This document shows, piece by piece, positions 57,121-60,925 of a DNA stretch of 60,925 nt. A program made the translations under genes and the position numbers. Within the stretch, counting starts at the first letter, position 1, and the number at the start of each line of letters is the position of its first letter. Under the pieces are notes generated by a model. That model worked only from the letters and a program-made list of their open reading frames with translations, was not told the DNA's origin and did not search any database. The DNA is from Phoronis australis. Its lineage: Eukaryota > Animalia > Phoronida. The stretch lies in NCBI GenBank assembly GCA_002633005.1, contig NMRA01000229.1, positions 332,698 to 393,622 of the forward strand, written 5' to 3'.

Positions 57121-58825
57121 AGGAGAATACCACCCGATTTAAATAGTCTTTTTTACCGTCTTAATCGGTCTATATCCACATCGTCTCTTCTACTGTCGAC
57201 CTCACCTTGCCGAGAGGTGTCGCGTTAACCTGTGAGGAAGGTGAGAAACGACGGAGCGACGTCAGTGGTTCGTCTGCAGAGTGAATGCCGCTAAATTGCG
57301 GTGCATCGTTCCCGCTTGTCCAAACTATGAAGCTGCGAAGAAACCAAGTATATCGTGTTTTTGACTTCCTCGAGAGCCTGAAAGGCTTAGGAAGTGAAGA
57401 CTGAAAGGTACGATGTTAATCATAAGTATGAGGCCGTGAAACTTCTCCGTGTCTCTGCCCAGCATTTCGTCGACAGTGAGTTCTCTGACTGATTCCGGCT
57501 TACCAAAGAACTATCCATACGTTCCGTTGGCAGTATATGTTCATGGCGCCTCTCTAGTATTTCTTGATCAGTGTATTCCGGTTCGAACTGATAGCCTGTG
57601 AAACTTTACGATCCGACCCGTGAAGTCTTCGTCGGATGGGCTCTTGACTAAGTCGGGATTGGGGGCGGGCGAGTTGCCATGTAGACGTTTATTATTCTGC
57701 GTTCTGTTTCAAAGTGAATTATTATCATCCAAAGCAATGCTTATATCAAACTGAAACAAAGTTTGCCTCATTAGATACAGTTTGTAATGGCTTTGCAGTA
57801 TTTGTGAGTGCAAATTTTGAGAAGCCAGCAATGAATAAACAACTGCGTTACCGGCTTTTGATGCCGGCAATAAAGGTAATTGACCGGGCACCGAGGCCGT
57901 GTGAGCGCATGCTAATTCAGTGTTTGCTGACAGAATGTTGTGAAACAAATACTCGACTTTATCTGCTATGGTCACATATTAGGGGAATCGTTATTTAGAA
58001 ATACAAAAACATTGTTCAAATCATTGTTATTTTACAACCTTTGCCCTGACCGTCTGTGGAAGGGGAACTCGACTTCGCGGCCCCCGCCAAGTAAGCAGAT
58101 TTTCAGTTTTGTGGCCAATTCACATAAATACTTACGTGCACATTATATCTTTGGCTCACTATTACAGCCTTTTCGTGACTGGACGCATAGTTTCCAACTC
58201 AAGCTCCTTTATGTTCGTGCCAGTTCCGGCGGCCGCCACGGGCCTGATCGGTTCCGAGCCACTGTCCGGGATAACGAGTCAGTCCGGCCGCAACGGGCCT
58301 GATCTGGTTCCAAGCTACTGGCCGGGATAAAAATTGTTTTGTGTGTTTAGAACTCAAAAAACCACAAGTCTAAACAACACAGATCTAGGTTCTCCAATCT
58401 GCATTTCACGGAAGAATACTTCGAATTTATCTCCGAACACAGCCCAAACTCCTGCTACGGACCTTGTTACTGAATTGACCTGCCGAACTGTGTAGGCTAC
58501 GTTGTGTCCAAATACCGATAAAGCCGTAACAGCGAAATAAAACAACACGTTTTTATTAGAGCTCGGTGTATTTTTAAGGGTTTTACATCGAAGTTTGATG
58601 ATTTATTGGTGTTAAACGATGAATTCAAGCGATAGGCTGACACCAGTAACCCGTGTTGTGAACTGCTGAAGAGACTGCGTGTGAAACCAATGGTGTCATT
58701 GAATAATTGCAGCACCTTAGTCTGCCGTCAGGAGTCATGTAACGCAACTGAACGTGCCGTTATCGAGTAAAACTACTCGATCTCAATTGATACAAAATCG
58801 GTTGTTTTTTGGGTGGCATTCTCCT
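57121..58825 (+). mobile_element. Second copy of the Kolobok-type THAP element, opposite orientation
   Basis: TTAA flanks; TIR AGGAGAATACCACCC / AGGAGAATGCCACCC (14/15); THAP remnant at ~57284-57530 RCIVPACPN...LPREPERLRK*...LRVSAQHFVDSEF with stops and frameshifts. Confidence 0.82.
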
Positions 58826-60056
58826 TTAAGCTTTCATTTTATATATACTGTCGGTAGTTGATGGCAAACAATCCATCCATCCTTTCCATGGGTCATTATA
58901 TTCCATAAATAATAGTTTTTCTTTATGTTGAATTAGTTTCTTGATTTTTTAAATAAACAACAGAGGCGGTTCTACGACGGATACCATAATCGCGGGGGGC
59001 AACATGTTGCCTCGGGGAATTGGGAAAAACGCGAGTGTATGTACCCAGGCGGCCCGAAAGTTGCTGGGGCCGGAGATGCGGACCTTGTGTTCAGAAAATG
59101 CATCGGTGGACTAAAAATAAAAAGACGGGAACACGATTCCGCCTTCATCTGGGGTGTGAGCCCCCCTCATCCGTTACCGGTCCAAGTTACTGAACTCAAT
59201 ATTTCCTCACGCTGTTGTTGTTTCATTTCCCTTTCGGAAGCCAAAGAGGGGGGAGGTGGACGGGCCCCCTGGCTCCCCCTCCAAATCCGTCTAAGTTCAT
59301 CACTGTTTTCTTGATGAGGCCGAGAACTTATTGAACGACCCTCGTTTGTCTACAGTCCAGATACATGTATAATGCTTCGCGATTTCTGGGTTTGTCATAG
59401 TTCTCCTTGCATGTTCTGTGTAATTCTTCAAACAATACATGTATATATACACATATCACCTCATAGGTGATGGCGATTTCCGTAAGCTCCACGCACAGGA
59501 GACGGTGTACTGAAATTTTCTTTCTCAATGATGCAGTGGTGGGCAGGTGACCCCGGTCCCGTGGGTCAGGCAACATATGACAGGCCCACAAACAACATTT
59601 TCAAGGTAGAGTTCGAATTGCACATTTTCTTTTAGGGGAGACCGAATTTCAAAGATTCGGATCTTAATTGCCAGCGGATGCGTTTCTTCCCTAGTTAGCC
59701 AGATGCCCATTTCAGCCAGACGACGTCAGTTAACATTTTTGAGCTTCATTTGTTTGGTTCCTGGTCAACCCCTTGCATTTTCGCTTGCTAACACGTTCAC
59801 ATAGAGTTCACTGCGGTGTAGGCCTACGCTGAGGTCAAACTATGATATTGTATCTTGGAGGGGTATCTAGTTGAGTGACGTTTGGCGCGTGAGTTCAAAA
59901 ACACTACACCAGTGAACGGGTCGAGGCGTATACTGAGCAATGGGCAAATAGTGATTTTGAGTATGAGTCGAGTCTGAGTACGGAGAATGAAGACCGGGCC
60001 CAGGTTTTGACTTTAATGCCTGTTGCGCTGACAATATAACACGTGAGGACGATGGG

Positions 60057-60058
<2 letters not shown>

Positions 60059-60105
<47 letters not shown>
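60059..60105. repeat. (AT)n microsatellite
   Basis: Directly visible. Confidence 0.97.
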
Positions 60106-60106
<1 letters not shown>

Positions 60107-60545
60107 TAAGAGAACTATACAGATCCGGGGCACTTTTATATATGAGACCTTTACTGTGGGGTTGCGAAAAATTGTGGGGTATATATAATGCCCCACAATT
60201 TCAGACCTATCAGAAACTGTTATTTGGTATGCTCAGTGCCTCCACGTGTATTCTCTCAACAACTTGGTTTCATCACAACATCCTATATATAACTCTGTGC
60301 AGTCTCTCCCAAAAGATGTCACTGTTATTATGAGTGTCCTGCTACAGAGTGCCATATGTGACCTACATTGGTATATTGTTATGTAATGGCCATGGAGGAT
60401 ATTAAGTTACTTGACCTTCCACTGCAACAAGCGTCTGAGGTTTTGATTTTAGTGTTAATAGAGATGGGGTTGGACATCCTTTTAGAGTTTGAGTGGAGAC
60501 AAGTTTTATTTCGTTTTATCTGAAACAAGAATGTTTGTGTGGAAG

Positions 60546-60599
60546 ATGGTACATCCCAGATCTAAGTCTATGGTACATCCGAGATCTAAGGCTATGGTA
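60546..60599. repeat. 24-bp tandem repeat, ~2.3 units
   Basis: ATGGTACATCCCAGATCTAAGTCT ATGGTACATCCGAGATCTAAGGCT ATGGTA. Confidence 0.8.
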
Positions 60600-60925
60600 A
60601 GTCTTTCAAATTCCTATAATATTTTGATTATAAAAGTAATTGCAATGTCATGTATCAGAGTGGTGATTATGGATGGCTAACATGCTTTTAATAGAGTCCT
60701 AGGAACTATTTCTAATGCAGAAGATGCGACCAAATACTCGCATCTGTCCCTCCTAAAATATTTCAAAATCTAACCACCCCCTTAGTATTATGAGCTGAGT
60801 AATTGCACTTCGTAAGATTTTTCAGATTCACTGCGAAATGGTGCCTTTTCTGAGAGAATTCCTTACAAATGGGTGTCCTTTCAGTACCGATTTTCCTAAG
60901 AAAAACGTCCATTTTGTGGACTGCA

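Noticed and set aside
59867-60333. ORFs with YIYIYI runs
   Set aside because: Translation of the (AT)n tract.

Overview
This is AT-rich, repeat-dense, intron-containing animal DNA, most likely from a highly heterozygous marine invertebrate. The TACATGTA palindrome is strongly enriched, and allelic duplications flank the three single-N gaps. Almost all tracked ORFs are spurious or are exon or transposon fragments. By manual splicing I reconstruct three genes. Genes A (8646->1, runs off the window) and B (20046->12565, complete, 349 aa) are tandem minus-strand paralogues, about 70-75% identical in the two fully comparable modules. Each encodes a secreted protein: a signal-peptide exon followed by three ~100-aa Cys-rich modules, one module per exon, with every intron in phase 2. 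This is the most interesting system in the window. From memory it resembles the uncharacterised USOMP-2-like proteins, but that is unverified. Gene C (plus strand, ~31066/31206->43847, at least 9 exons) encodes a protein with two divergent PH-like domains and a charged, Gln/Met-rich helical tail, and has two possible frame lesions. The rest is mobile DNA: two inverted copies of a TTAA-targeting THAP-bearing (Kolobok-type) element, a decayed mariner, Harbinger and LINE remnants, Helentron-like elements, MITEs and satellites. No rRNA, tRNA or CRISPR array is evident. All calls are by eye, with no database search.
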